Below the pieces are notes generated by a model that saw nothing but the letters and a program-made list of their open reading frames with translations, made no database searches and was not told the DNA's origin. 64,000 nt of DNA, taken from assembly GCA_041641295.1 (NCBI GenBank), contig JBEPYO010000001.1:1472001-1536000 (forward strand), written 5' to 3'. How positions within the stretch are numbered: the first letter of the stretch is position 1; every line of letters starts with the position of its first letter. Positions 9,811 through 20,943 of this stretch are shown in pieces. The position numbers and the translations under genes are program-made. The DNA is from Nitrososphaerota archaeon. GTDB lineage: Archaea > Thermoproteota > Nitrososphaeria_A > Caldarchaeales > Calditenuaceae.

Positions 9811-11478
9811 ATGGCGACAGCTCCAGGTAGCGTGGGTACTGTCCCAATATTAATTCTGAAGGAAGGCACCCAGAGGACGAGGGGCAGAGAAGCCCAGTCT
9901 GCCGCCATCATGGTGGCTAAGGTTATCGCGGAGACGATGAGGACCTCCCTCGGACCACGCGGAATGGACAAGATGCTTGTAGACAGCTTCGGCGACATCG
10001 TGATTACCAATGACGGAGCCACGATCCTCAAGGAGATGGATGTTGAGCACCCAGTTGCTAAGATGCTTGTAGAGGTTGCGAAGGCTCAGGACGAGGAGGT
10101 GGGGGATGGGACAACGACCGCCGTAGTCCTGGCGGGCGAGCTTCTCGCCAGGGCGGAGGAACTCATAGAGAAGGAGGTTCACCCCTCAATAATTATAGAC
10201 GGGTTCAGGAAGGCGGCGAAGGAGGCAATCAATATACTAGACAGTATAGCAGTTCCTGTAGATCCGAAGAATAAGCAGGAGCTGGCTAAGATTGCTAAAA
10301 GCGCCCTCGTCAGCAAGCTCGTCTCTGAGTACGCCGACTTCATAGCAGGCTTGGCGGTGGACGCGGTCCTCAGGGTTGCGGAGCAGGTCAACGGGCAGTG
10401 GAGGGTAGACCTCGACGATATTAAGCTGGAGAAGAAGGAGTATGGGTCAATCATGGATACGAGGCTGGTCGAAGGCGTGGTCCTCGACAAGGAGATTGTA
10501 CACCCTGACATGCCTAAGCTCGTTAGAAACCCGAAGATAGCTCTGCTCGACGCCAGCCTCGAGATAGAGAAGACGGAGTTTGACGCTAAGCTGAATATTG
10601 AGAGCCCGGAGCAGATGAGGGCCTTCATGGAGGAGGAAGAGAGGATGCTGAGGGATATGGTCGAGAAGATTGCCGCCACAGGCGCAAACGTAGTCCTCTG
10701 CCAGAAGGGTATAGATGACCTCGCCCAGCACTTCCTCGCTAGGAAGGGTATCGTCGCGGTGAGGAGGATTAAGAAGAGCGACATGGACAAGCTCGCCAAG
10801 GCTACAGGTGGCAGAATCGTGTCGAGGGTGGATGACCTAACGCCAGCAGACCTAGGCACCGCGGAGCTGCTGGAGGAGAGGCGGGTTGGCGAGGATAAGA
10901 TGGTGTTTATTGAAGGCTGCAAGAACCCCAAGTCGGTAACAATACTCATCCACGGAGGAACACAGAGGATAGTTGACGAGACTGAGAGGTCCTTCAAAGA
11001 CGCCATAAACGTTGTCAAGGACATTCTCTTGGAGCCGAAGATAGTTGCTGGAGGCGGTGCGCCGGAGATAGAGGTCGCATCAAGGCTAAGGGACTTCGCT
11101 AAGACACTGCCGGGTAAGGAGCAGCTAGCCGTTGAGAAGTTCGCCGACGCCATCGAGAGGGTGCCGATGCAGCTGGCGGAGAACGCCGGCCTCGACCCCA
11201 TCGAGAGCATAGTCGCCCTAAGGTCAAGCCACAAGGAGGGTAAGAAGTGGGAGGGAGTCAACGTCCTCGAGAACAAGCTAGGCGACATGTGGGCTGCAGG
11301 AGTCCTTGAGCCCGTAGTAGTGAAGAAGCAGGTAGTCAAGTCAGCCGTCGAGGCGGCCTGCATGATACTTAAGATCGACGACATCATAGCAGCCTCCAAG
11401 CTCTCCGAGACAGGATCGAAGAAGGAGAAGAAGGAGGAAGAGGAGGGGGAGTCAAGCACCTCCTCTAGCTTCGACTAG
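9811..11478 (+). CDS. ths: Thermosome (group II chaperonin) subunit
   Basis: [30 protein letters not shown], acidic C-terminus; TATA-like TATATAAG at ~9770. Confidence 0.98.
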   Translation: MATAPGSVGTVPILILKEGTQRTRGREAQSAAIMVAKVIAETMRTSLGPRGMDKMLVDSFGDIVITNDGATILKEMDVEHPVAKMLVEVAKAQDEEVGDGTTTAVVLAGELLARAEELIEKEVHPSIIIDGFRKAAKEAINILDSIAVPVDPKNKQELAKIAKSALVSKLVSEYADFIAGLAVDAVLRVAEQVNGQWRVDLDDIKLEKKEYGSIMDTRLVEGVVLDKEIVHPDMPKLVRNPKIALLDASLEIEKTEFDAKLNIESPEQMRAFMEEEERMLRDMVEKIAATGANVVLCQKGIDDLAQHFLARKGIVAVRRIKKSDMDKLAKATGGRIVSRVDDLTPADLGTAELLEERRVGEDKMVFIEGCKNPKSVTILIHGGTQRIVDETERSFKDAINVVKDILLEPKIVAGGGAPEIEVASRLRDFAKTLPGKEQLAVEKFADAIERVPMQLAENAGLDPIESIVALRSSHKEGKKWEGVNVLENKLGDMWAAGVLEPVVVKKQVVKSAVEAACMILKIDDIIAASKLSETGSKKEKKEEEEGESSTSSSFD

Positions 11479-11485
11479 AGTGCTC

Positions 11486-11731
11486 ATGACTCTTCAGAAG
11501 CGGCTAACAAAGTACGAGATCACCAAGATTATTGGTGGCAGGGCCCTCCAGCTCTCCCTAGGCGCCTTCCCACTGGTCGAGCCTCAACCCAACGATACAG
11601 CCTTCACCATAGCACGCCGCGAACTAGCCCTAGGAGTCCTACCGATCATAGTTAGGCGTCACCTACCAGACGGCACTTATATTGACATACCGCTAAAAGA
11701 GGCCCTCGAGGAAGAGAAGATCACGATATAA
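11486..11731 (+). CDS. rpoK: DNA-directed RNA polymerase subunit Rpo6 (K)
   Basis: LTKYEITKIIGGRALQLSLGA...IARREL..GVLPIIVRR.LPDG; GTG 11480 is an alternative start. Confidence 0.95.
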   Translation: MTLQKRLTKYEITKIIGGRALQLSLGAFPLVEPQPNDTAFTIARRELALGVLPIIVRRHLPDGTYIDIPLKEALEEEKITI

Positions 11732-11833
11732 AGAGGAGGCACCCTCCTCATACACAATTTTTACTCTGGAATTCCTCAAAAATTTCTAGGGTAGTCATTT
11801 TATAACCATCACCTATGGCCAATCAATGCTTGG

Positions 11834-12943
11834 ATGTTTAGGGTCGGCGCTATCGACTTAGGGTCAGGGCCTGCCACCTTTAGCCGCACAGCATATTTAG
11901 AGGTCTCCTCCACCCTGCCGGCCATCGTCGACTCCTTCATAGGGTATTTCGGCTCCTCAGAGTTTCTTGAACTTTTATCCAACCCTTGGACATTCAGGCT
12001 TCTCTGCCGCTCAGTAAACCTCAACAACGACGACGCAGGGAGCATAGCTTTGATGGTCTCGGCTCTGATGAATAACGCTAAAAGGGATTGGGAGATAAGC
12101 GTGGCTGGCGGCCTGTACGCGAAGAGGTTCACGGTCCCCGAGACTGTTGAGAAGGTTGCCTCTGAGATGGGTCTCTCTGAGAAGCAGGTAGACTGGCTGA
12201 AGTACTCGAGCAGGATGACGGCGAAGGTGGATGACGTTGCCGTCCAGGACGGATTCCGCCTCTGGCTCCACGTTATAGTCTTCAACACTCAGGCGGAGTG
12301 GGCTGTCATACAGGTGGCCTCTAAGGCAGGCCTCAACAGGCTGTACCAGTGGCACTCTGGGCGCATCTCCTACTCTCGATTCACGGTCGAGCCACATACA
12401 GGAGTTTCTTCTGCGATGAGGAGTTTCTACTCGCTTGACTTCACGCTGAAAAAGAACCTCGAGCTCCAGAAGGGATGTCTCGAGATACTCAGCTACCCGG
12501 TCTCCCGCCTCAGGTCGGTCAAGATAGGCCTCAGCGGTAATCAGACAAGGCTAAGCGACTTCACCCAGGAGGGCGTTGCGGGAGATGTAAACCCCCTCAC
12601 GGCCCCGGTTAGGGTAAACTGGACGGCCATAGCAAATATCGCGGGCTCTCCGCCGCGCAGTTTCGAGGACCTCCTAGCTGTGAGAGGTATTGGAGCGGAG
12701 ACATTGAGATTCCTAGCAATCTGCTGCCATAGGATGCTAGGTATAACACCCTACCTTGAGGACATCGCGATCCTGTTCAGCGAATTGCAGGAGAAGGGGC
12801 CGCCGGGCGGGAGGACCTACCAGATCATGTGGGACCTCATCGAGGCTGTTAGGTATTCGCTCTTATCCAGCGATAAGAGCAGGTCCATCGCCACGAGGCT
12901 TGAACTGATCGTAGAAGGAAAAAGCGATAATAATGGGGGCTAG
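11834..12943 (+). CDS. DUF763-family protein (divergent), with HhH-like motif
   Basis: EFLELLSNPWTF, AGG, SRMTAKVDDVAVQDGF.L..H, LYQWHS, VEPH.GV, LLAVRGIGAETLR. Confidence 0.75.
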   Translation: MFRVGAIDLGSGPATFSRTAYLEVSSTLPAIVDSFIGYFGSSEFLELLSNPWTFRLLCRSVNLNNDDAGSIALMVSALMNNAKRDWEISVAGGLYAKRFTVPETVEKVASEMGLSEKQVDWLKYSSRMTAKVDDVAVQDGFRLWLHVIVFNTQAEWAVIQVASKAGLNRLYQWHSGRISYSRFTVEPHTGVSSAMRSFYSLDFTLKKNLELQKGCLEILSYPVSRLRSVKIGLSGNQTRLSDFTQEGVAGDVNPLTAPVRVNWTAIANIAGSPPRSFEDLLAVRGIGAETLRFLAICCHRMLGITPYLEDIAILFSELQEKGPPGGRTYQIMWDLIEAVRYSLLSSDKSRSIATRLELIVEGKSDNNGG

Positions 12944-13251
12944 AGCATCCCCAGCATCTCTTTTGCCTCATCAGTCATCCTTTCTGGCGTCCAGGGCGGG
13001 TCGAATACGAGGTCAACATCGACACGTGTCACGCTTGGGCACATGGTCTTAACAGCCTCCTTAACCTGCTCCACGATGAAGAAGCCGACGGGGCAGCCGG
13101 GTGCTGTGAGTGTCATCTTGATGTAGACAGAGTTGTCATCCCTGATCTGGAGGTCGTATATTAGCCCGAGGTCCACTATATTCACAGGTATCTCGGGGTC
13201 GTAGCACATTCTCAGGGCCTGGAGTATCTTCTCCTCACTAGGCTTCTCCAA
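12940..13251 (-). CDS. DUF59/SufT (MIP18-like) Fe-S cluster assembly protein
   Basis: DPEIPVNIVDLGLIY, MTLTAPGCP, FDPPWTPERM. Confidence 0.93.
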   Translation of the reverse strand: MEKPSEEKILQALRMCYDPEIPVNIVDLGLIYDLQIRDDNSVYIKMTLTAPGCPVGFFIVEQVKEAVKTMCPSVTRVDVDLVFDPPWTPERMTDEAKEMLGML

Positions 13252-13325
13252 GGCTTACACCGTCTTATCTTGCGGCTCGGTGACTTTTAAATCTCCCCTC
13301 ACAACAAGGCTGTTGAGTAGGTGGA

Positions 13326-14495
13326 ATGATCCTAGACCACCTCAGGATAGCCGCCCTTTATTCTTTGGCAGTCCTTATGTTTTTGACACAGCTGGCGTGG
13401 ATATGGATTATTCACAAACGGACAGTCTCGCTCCACAGGCTTGAGAAGCTGGAGAAGTCTTGTCGGGAGACCGGTCTACGCATCTCAGCCATCATTCCGG
13501 GGCGGAACGTGGCAGGGTGGGTTGAGAGGTGCCTGTCCACCCTCCTATCGCAGAGAGGGGTGAGGGTAGAGGTCATTTTCGTCGATGATGAGTCGGAGGA
13601 TGATACGGGTGTTCTGGTACTCGAGAGATTCTTGAAGAGAGGTGTTAGGTATGTGAGGGTTGGGGGCCCTCCGTCGGGTTGGCTGGGGAAGAACTGGGCG
13701 TGTTGGAGGGGGTTCCAGCACGCTTCGGGTGAGTGGCTCCTATTCTTGGATGCCGACACGGAGTTCTTCGATGAATGTGTTCTGGCCGATGCCGTTAGGA
13801 GGTGCGGGGAAGGGTTGGACGCCCTCTCCCTTATCCCCCGCCTTGACCCGGCTGCCCCCTCATCCAAGATAATGCTGCCCCTTCTACAGAACATCCTACT
13901 GTCCCTCTTCTCGCCCGCCCGCAGCAACGACCCCCAAGACCCCAGAGCAATCCTCTTCGGAGCCTTCATACTCGTACGCAGAGAAGTCTACCTCGAGATT
14001 GGCGGACACCAAGCAGTCCGGGATCGCATACTGGAGGACAGGGCCTTGGCAAGCCTCCTCAAGGGCAGAGGATATAGGATCAGACTGCTGGATGGTACTG
14101 AGAGGTTTGGAGCAGAGTACGCTGGGAGCCTAGGCGGCTACATGGCCGCCATCAAACGGCTTATCGCAGACTACTCAGTCACACACAGTCTAGCTAAAAT
14201 GAAATACTATATTGCAGGAGCCGCCATACTCTTTCTTCTACCCCAAGTTGTCTTAGTTGCCGCCAGCCTATACGGCAATGCTCCATTAGCAGTCTTAGCC
14301 GCAGCGTCTGTAGCAACTAATATGGCTGCCAACTACTTGGAGCTTAGGAGGGTGCGCGTAAAATACGCCCCCCTCTATGCGCCTCTCACCGTTTTGGCCA
14401 ACTGGGTCTTGGTTACAGCCCTAATCGAGGCCTACCTCTCATTCAGGTCTGGGCGTTTGGGGCTGACTTGGCGTGGGAGGAGGATCGAGGCTTAA
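13326..14495 (+). CDS. Membrane-anchored GT2 glycosyltransferase (HpnB/CrtQ-like)
   Basis: IIPGRN, VDDESEDDT, GWLGKNWAC, FLDAD, GGHQAV...LEDRAL, C-terminal TMs and WRGR. Confidence 0.85.
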   Translation: MILDHLRIAALYSLAVLMFLTQLAWIWIIHKRTVSLHRLEKLEKSCRETGLRISAIIPGRNVAGWVERCLSTLLSQRGVRVEVIFVDDESEDDTGVLVLERFLKRGVRYVRVGGPPSGWLGKNWACWRGFQHASGEWLLFLDADTEFFDECVLADAVRRCGEGLDALSLIPRLDPAAPSSKIMLPLLQNILLSLFSPARSNDPQDPRAILFGAFILVRREVYLEIGGHQAVRDRILEDRALASLLKGRGYRIRLLDGTERFGAEYAGSLGGYMAAIKRLIADYSVTHSLAKMKYYIAGAAILFLLPQVVLVAASLYGNAPLAVLAAASVATNMAANYLELRRVRVKYAPLYAPLTVLANWVLVTALIEAYLSFRSGRLGLTWRGRRIEA

Positions 14496-14498
14496 AGT

Positions 14499-15647
14499 CT
14501 ATTTAGCGAGATATACTATGCTCTCCCGGGCTGCACCTATTCTGTGAACCCTACCACTGGTTGCAACCCTCTTACCGACTACGCGTATCTTCTCGACCCT
14601 AAACCCCACCCTCTCAGCCAGATCTGCTAAAATGTAGTCAGACTCCACCACCCTGTCAGGATACACGCCACCCGCAACCACGACAGCAGCCTTCCCACCA
14701 CTCTTCAACACCCTCCACATCTCCCCCAGAGAATCAAACATATCCGAGAAGTATAGCTTGGCGGAGTCGGGCAGGTCCTCGAGCCCGGGTATAGTCCTCG
14801 GCACCTCTCTACCCACAAGACCGATATACGACCTCACTAGGTCATGCACTCTCTTCCCGAAGAATACCTCCAGCTCAACCTCATACACCTTAGTGTATTC
14901 TATCTTGTTGAGGTATGGTGGTGAGGTTATAATGGCGTCCACAGACTCGTCCTCTATTTCTTCGAGCCTCCTAGCGTCGCCTTGCAGTATTATGGCCGGC
15001 CCACTCTTGAACCTCACCCTCTTCACATCCTCAATCATCGACTGGGCAACCTTCCGAAATACGGGCCTGAGCGGCGGGGCAGGCCGCTTAACAAACCTCA
15101 AGACCGACCCATCCCTATAGATGTAGGAGGCCTTTACCGCCGCATTCATTAAAGCGAGCATTAGAAAGACTTTCGCGTCCCCCGAGCAGACCTCCTCTAT
15201 CACCTCCTTCAGGCTGAAGAGTTCCTCAAGCGTTCTCTTAGGGAACGCCTTCCTGACTGTGGGGCTCAGGCCATCTGGGAGGGGTGATTGGCGGGGAGCT
15301 GCTGAGAGGCATCTGTCGAGCGCGTCCCTCAACTCTACTGGGTCGTAGATCCGCGTCTTCGCTAGGGAGACGAAGACGGCCAGCGGTGAGGCATCAACAC
15401 CTACTCCCATAAAACCCTTCTCCATGCATGTTAGAGGCGTGGTCCCAGAACCAGTGAACGGGTCAAGGACAACAGCACCCTCCGGAACCCCCATCTCCTC
15501 TAGCAGCATCAGTACTAGGTCGCGGGAGAACCCCTCCTTGAAATAGAACCACCTGTGAATGGGTATATTCTTATTCGGCTTAAAAGTTGCTAGGCTCCAG
15601 AGATCGTATCTCTCCTCGACGGTATAGCTGCCCTCAAACACTCCCAA
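14499..15647 (-). CDS. Stand-alone amino-DNA methyltransferase (N4-C/N6-A)
   Basis: HRWFYFKEGFS, motif I DPFTGSGTT, GDAR, motif IV TSPPY; no endonuclease adjacent. Confidence 0.85.
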   Translation of the reverse strand: MGVFEGSYTVEERYDLWSLATFKPNKNIPIHRWFYFKEGFSRDLVLMLLEEMGVPEGAVVLDPFTGSGTTPLTCMEKGFMGVGVDASPLAVFVSLAKTRIYDPVELRDALDRCLSAAPRQSPLPDGLSPTVRKAFPKRTLEELFSLKEVIEEVCSGDAKVFLMLALMNAAVKASYIYRDGSVLRFVKRPAPPLRPVFRKVAQSMIEDVKRVRFKSGPAIILQGDARRLEEIEDESVDAIITSPPYLNKIEYTKVYEVELEVFFGKRVHDLVRSYIGLVGREVPRTIPGLEDLPDSAKLYFSDMFDSLGEMWRVLKSGGKAAVVVAGGVYPDRVVESDYILADLAERVGFRVEKIRVVGKRVATSGRVHRIGAARESIVYLAK

Positions 15648-15781
15648 CCAACATCCCGATAACCAGTCTAATAAACGCTTGGGCCCAGCTCCTGTCTCCT
15701 CAACCCCTCAACCCGTTCTGCATATGCGTTATGCGGCTGGATACTTAAATAATGGCAGACCAAATATTGAATACGATTTAG

Positions 15782-17779
15782 ATGGGTAAGAACGGTAACA
15801 AGAAGAAATTTACCCTCAGTTGGATGATTGGTGGGGCTCAAGGCTCGGGTGTGGACTCTTCTGCAAACCTCTTTGCATACTCCATCGCCTCTGCCGGCTA
15901 CTACGTCTTCGGAAAGAGGGAATACTACTCAAACATCAAGGGAGAGCACTCATACTTCAACGTAGTAGCGTCTGACTCGCCTGTAAGGAGCACCGTCGAC
16001 CACGTGCATATTCTCGCGAGCTTCGACGCCGAGACGGTGTTCAGGCACGCTTGGGAGGTTGAGGAGGGTGGAGGGATTATCTATGACGTTGCCCTTGAGA
16101 ACGAGAGTCTCAGGAATATTCCAACCATCGAGGAGCGGCTGAAATCAGAGATTGCGGAGAGGCTCAAGAACGAGAACCTGGGTGAGACTCTTCGCGACGT
16201 TCTGACCGCGGCTAAGAGGAGGGGGGTGAGAATCTATCCGATACCATATATGGATCTTATCAAGAAAACGGGTGAGATAATTGGCGAGAAGCAGCTCACA
16301 CTCTTGCTGAGGATGGTTAACACGATGGCCGTCGCCGCGTCCTTCGCGATTCTCAAGGCAGACATTAACCGCCTCCACCGGGGTCTGTCCTATGCGTTTA
16401 GGGCTAAGAAAGCCGTTGTAGACATGAACTTCACAGCCTGCAAGGTGGTCTACGACTATGTCCATAACAACTTCGCCGACGACTTCCCCCTAACCCTCCC
16501 AAACAGGAAGAACGGCGAAGACCTTATACTAGTCAATGGGACGACAATCGTTGGCATAGCCAAGATCGTGGCCGGGTGCAGGTTCCAGTCATACTACCCC
16601 ATCACACCGGCCGCTGATGAAAGCGTATACCTTGAAGACAAGCAGGTCTTCAACCTGAACTCTGTATCCGATGGAGACGAGTACGAGTATCCGCACCTAG
16701 CAGAGAGCAGGCAGCTGTCCGATAAGGGGCACATCCTTGTATTCCAGTCGGAGGACGAGCTGGCGGCTATAGACATGGCCATCGGCGCTAGCCTTGCCGG
16801 CGTTAGGGCCGCGACATCCACCTCTGGGCCCGGTTTCTCCCTCATGGCCGAGGGGCTGGGGTTCGCCGGGATGAACGAAATCCCAGTAGTAGTGACTGTA
16901 TTCCAGAGAGCTGGGCCGAGCACCGGCCTACCAACCCGCCACGAGCAGGGAGACCTACTCTTCACAATCTTCGCAGGGCATGGAGAGTTTCCGCGAATAG
17001 TAATGGCTTCGGGAGACATGACAGAGGCCTTCTACGACACAATCAAAGCCTTCAACTATGCCGAGAAGTTCCAGATCCCAGTGATCCACCTTCTCGACAA
17101 ATCCCTAGCCAACTCGACACAAACCATACCGATCCCGACGGTTAACGAGGTGCTCTTGGACCGCGGCCTATTCATTAACGAACACTTGGACGGAAAGACC
17201 TACAAGCGTTTCCAGTTTACTGAAGGCGGAATCTCCCCCAGAGTTCCACTCGGTACGCGCGGTGCGATATTCTGGAATACGGGCGACGAGCACGATGAGC
17301 TGGGCCATATCAGTGAGGACCCAATTATAAGAACTCGCATGATGGATAAGCGTATGGGCAAGCTAGAGCTCATAAAAGAGTCCATCCCAGCGAGCGACAA
17401 GATCGCCACTTACGGCGACCCCGACGCAAAGGACTGGATAATCAGCTGGGGCTCGACTAAGGGCCCGATACTTGACGCGCTTGAGATGCTCGAGGAGGAG
17501 GGCGTCGGCCCCATCGGCTTCCTACAGGTCAAGATTCTCCACCCATTCCCCGCCGAGCTCTGCTTGGAGACCCTCCAGTCCGCTAAAAGGATAATCGATA
17601 TCGAGCAGAACTATAGCGGGCAGATGGGCAGGCTAATGGCTATGGAGACCGGTCTGCGGCCCACGAACCTGATCGTGAAGTATAACGGAAGACCATTCAC
17701 ATCGACTGAGGTTAGGGACGCGGTCAAAGAGGTGTTGGCGAGAAACACTAAAAGAATAGTGATGAATAGAGGTGGGTAG
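15782..17779 (+). CDS. 2-oxoacid:ferredoxin oxidoreductase alpha subunit (gamma-alpha fusion)
   Basis: GGAQGSGV, YYSNIKGEHS, YPITPA, QSEDE, TSGPGFSLM, RAGPSTGLPT. Confidence 0.95.
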   Translation: MGKNGNKKKFTLSWMIGGAQGSGVDSSANLFAYSIASAGYYVFGKREYYSNIKGEHSYFNVVASDSPVRSTVDHVHILASFDAETVFRHAWEVEEGGGIIYDVALENESLRNIPTIEERLKSEIAERLKNENLGETLRDVLTAAKRRGVRIYPIPYMDLIKKTGEIIGEKQLTLLLRMVNTMAVAASFAILKADINRLHRGLSYAFRAKKAVVDMNFTACKVVYDYVHNNFADDFPLTLPNRKNGEDLILVNGTTIVGIAKIVAGCRFQSYYPITPAADESVYLEDKQVFNLNSVSDGDEYEYPHLAESRQLSDKGHILVFQSEDELAAIDMAIGASLAGVRAATSTSGPGFSLMAEGLGFAGMNEIPVVVTVFQRAGPSTGLPTRHEQGDLLFTIFAGHGEFPRIVMASGDMTEAFYDTIKAFNYAEKFQIPVIHLLDKSLANSTQTIPIPTVNEVLLDRGLFINEHLDGKTYKRFQFTEGGISPRVPLGTRGAIFWNTGDEHDELGHISEDPIIRTRMMDKRMGKLELIKESIPASDKIATYGDPDAKDWIISWGSTKGPILDALEMLEEEGVGPIGFLQVKILHPFPAELCLETLQSAKRIIDIEQNYSGQMGRLMAMETGLRPTNLIVKYNGRPFTSTEVRDAVKEVLARNTKRIVMNRGG

Positions 17780-19458
<1,679 letters not shown>

Positions 19459-19483
19459 GGGTGAAGTATGTCTCTGGCTATAT

Positions 19484-20932
19484 TTATCCGCTCACCCCTG
19501 AACCCTTTCGGATTCTCGAGGCGAGGCGCGGGCTCATAGCCGGCTCTAGGCTAAGGGCCAGTAGTATGAAGGTGATCGAGGTTAGAGCGATTAGGAGGCC
19601 CGGGGGGACTACCCACCACCAATAGCCCACGAAGATTGCACCCGTCCTAAAGGCCTGCTCGAGTATACCTCCCCAACTGGGGATCTGCGGGTCTCCCAGG
19701 CCTAGGAAGCTCAGCCCAGCCTCTGCAAGGATCGCCGAGGGGATGCTGAGTATCATCTGCCCTAAGACATAGGGGGCCACATTAGGCGCTATGTGTTTTG
19801 CTATGATCCTTAAGTTTCCTGCCCCTATTGACTTGGCTGCCTCTGTGAGTGGTGAGTTCCTGAGCTGAATGACCATCGACCTGACTAGGATTGCCAGGCC
19901 TGGCCAGCTAAACAGGGTCAGGAGGAGTATGATGAATAGGAGCCCCGGCCTGAAGGTGTAGGCTAGCAGGATGAGGATGGGTAGGAGGGGGATGTTGGCT
20001 ACAACGTCCGCCGCCCTCTGGATTAGGTGGTCCGCCCTACCCCCTAGATAACCGCTCAGGAGGCCTAGCGAGGTGCCTATGAAGGTTGTAACGCCGGCTG
20101 CAAGCAGGCCTATGGAGAGCGAGACGGGGAACCCGAAGAGGAGGCCCTGAGCTAAGTCCCGTCCCAAGGTGTCTGTACCCATTAAACCATAGACAGTCCC
20201 CGCCAGAACAACCGCGGCCTCGTCCACGCTGTCTGTTGCGTCATGGCGATACAGCAGGAGCCTAAACACATACTCTCCCCAGAGGGGCTCAGTGCGGCCG
20301 TCGCCAGTGGGTCTTGAAAAGATATAGTCCTCAAGCCTCTGGGATACGTCCTCCTCTCTAATCTCCACTCCATAAGCCTCTGACAGCTTCTGGGCAACGG
20401 TTGTCTGAACACTCCTTGAGGATGCGGGGAAAATCCTCAACGGCTGATCAGCATACCTTGTGTAGGGTGGGGTTTCACCAGGCCTCGGGCCACTCGGGCT
20501 AAGTGTTGCAAGACTAATCTCTACCGCGTCCGGCCGTATGACAACCACCTCAACCACGGGTGGAGCGGACTGAAACCTTATCCCACTAATCCTCACTGCT
20601 ATCCCACTGGGATGCTCCGGCGAGTCATACCGAAGCCTAGCCTCGTAGATGGCGAACGTCTCATCCGAGTAGACCAGTCTGTCGAGTCTGAGTATTGTGT
20701 GGGGGAAGCTAGTGCCTGAGGAAGCCCACTCTGGTGGTACTGCCTTGGGGTACTCGGCCCAGTAGGAGGGATTGTTCCAGATTTTGGGGCCGTAGTCCAG
20801 TGGATAGCTGGAGATGGTGTAGAGAGAGATGGCCGCCATAATTGAGAGGATTATTATTGATAGGCGGCCCTGCCAAGACTCTACAACGACCCTGAGGGGC
20901 GTGGGCATGTGGAGCCAACCAACCTCAAACAC
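19484..20932 (-). CDS. Peptide/nickel ABC transporter permease (DppC/OppC family) with large extracytoplasmic loop
   Basis: LMGTDTLGRDL, EAAKSIGA EAA loop, HIAPN, AEAGLSFLGLG, SWG, WWW..PPG. Confidence 0.88.
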   Translation of the reverse strand: MFEVGWLHMPTPLRVVVESWQGRLSIIILSIMAAISLYTISSYPLDYGPKIWNNPSYWAEYPKAVPPEWASSGTSFPHTILRLDRLVYSDETFAIYEARLRYDSPEHPSGIAVRISGIRFQSAPPVVEVVVIRPDAVEISLATLSPSGPRPGETPPYTRYADQPLRIFPASSRSVQTTVAQKLSEAYGVEIREEDVSQRLEDYIFSRPTGDGRTEPLWGEYVFRLLLYRHDATDSVDEAAVVLAGTVYGLMGTDTLGRDLAQGLLFGFPVSLSIGLLAAGVTTFIGTSLGLLSGYLGGRADHLIQRAADVVANIPLLPILILLAYTFRPGLLFIILLLTLFSWPGLAILVRSMVIQLRNSPLTEAAKSIGAGNLRIIAKHIAPNVAPYVLGQMILSIPSAILAEAGLSFLGLGDPQIPSWGGILEQAFRTGAIFVGYWWWVVPPGLLIALTSITFILLALSLEPAMSPRLASRIRKGSGVSG

Positions 20933-20943
20933 GTAGCCAAATA

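Noticed and set aside
10179-11459. 426-aa antisense ORF opposite the thermosome
   Set aside because: Codon-aligned shadow of a highly biased gene; Ser/Leu-rich with no motifs
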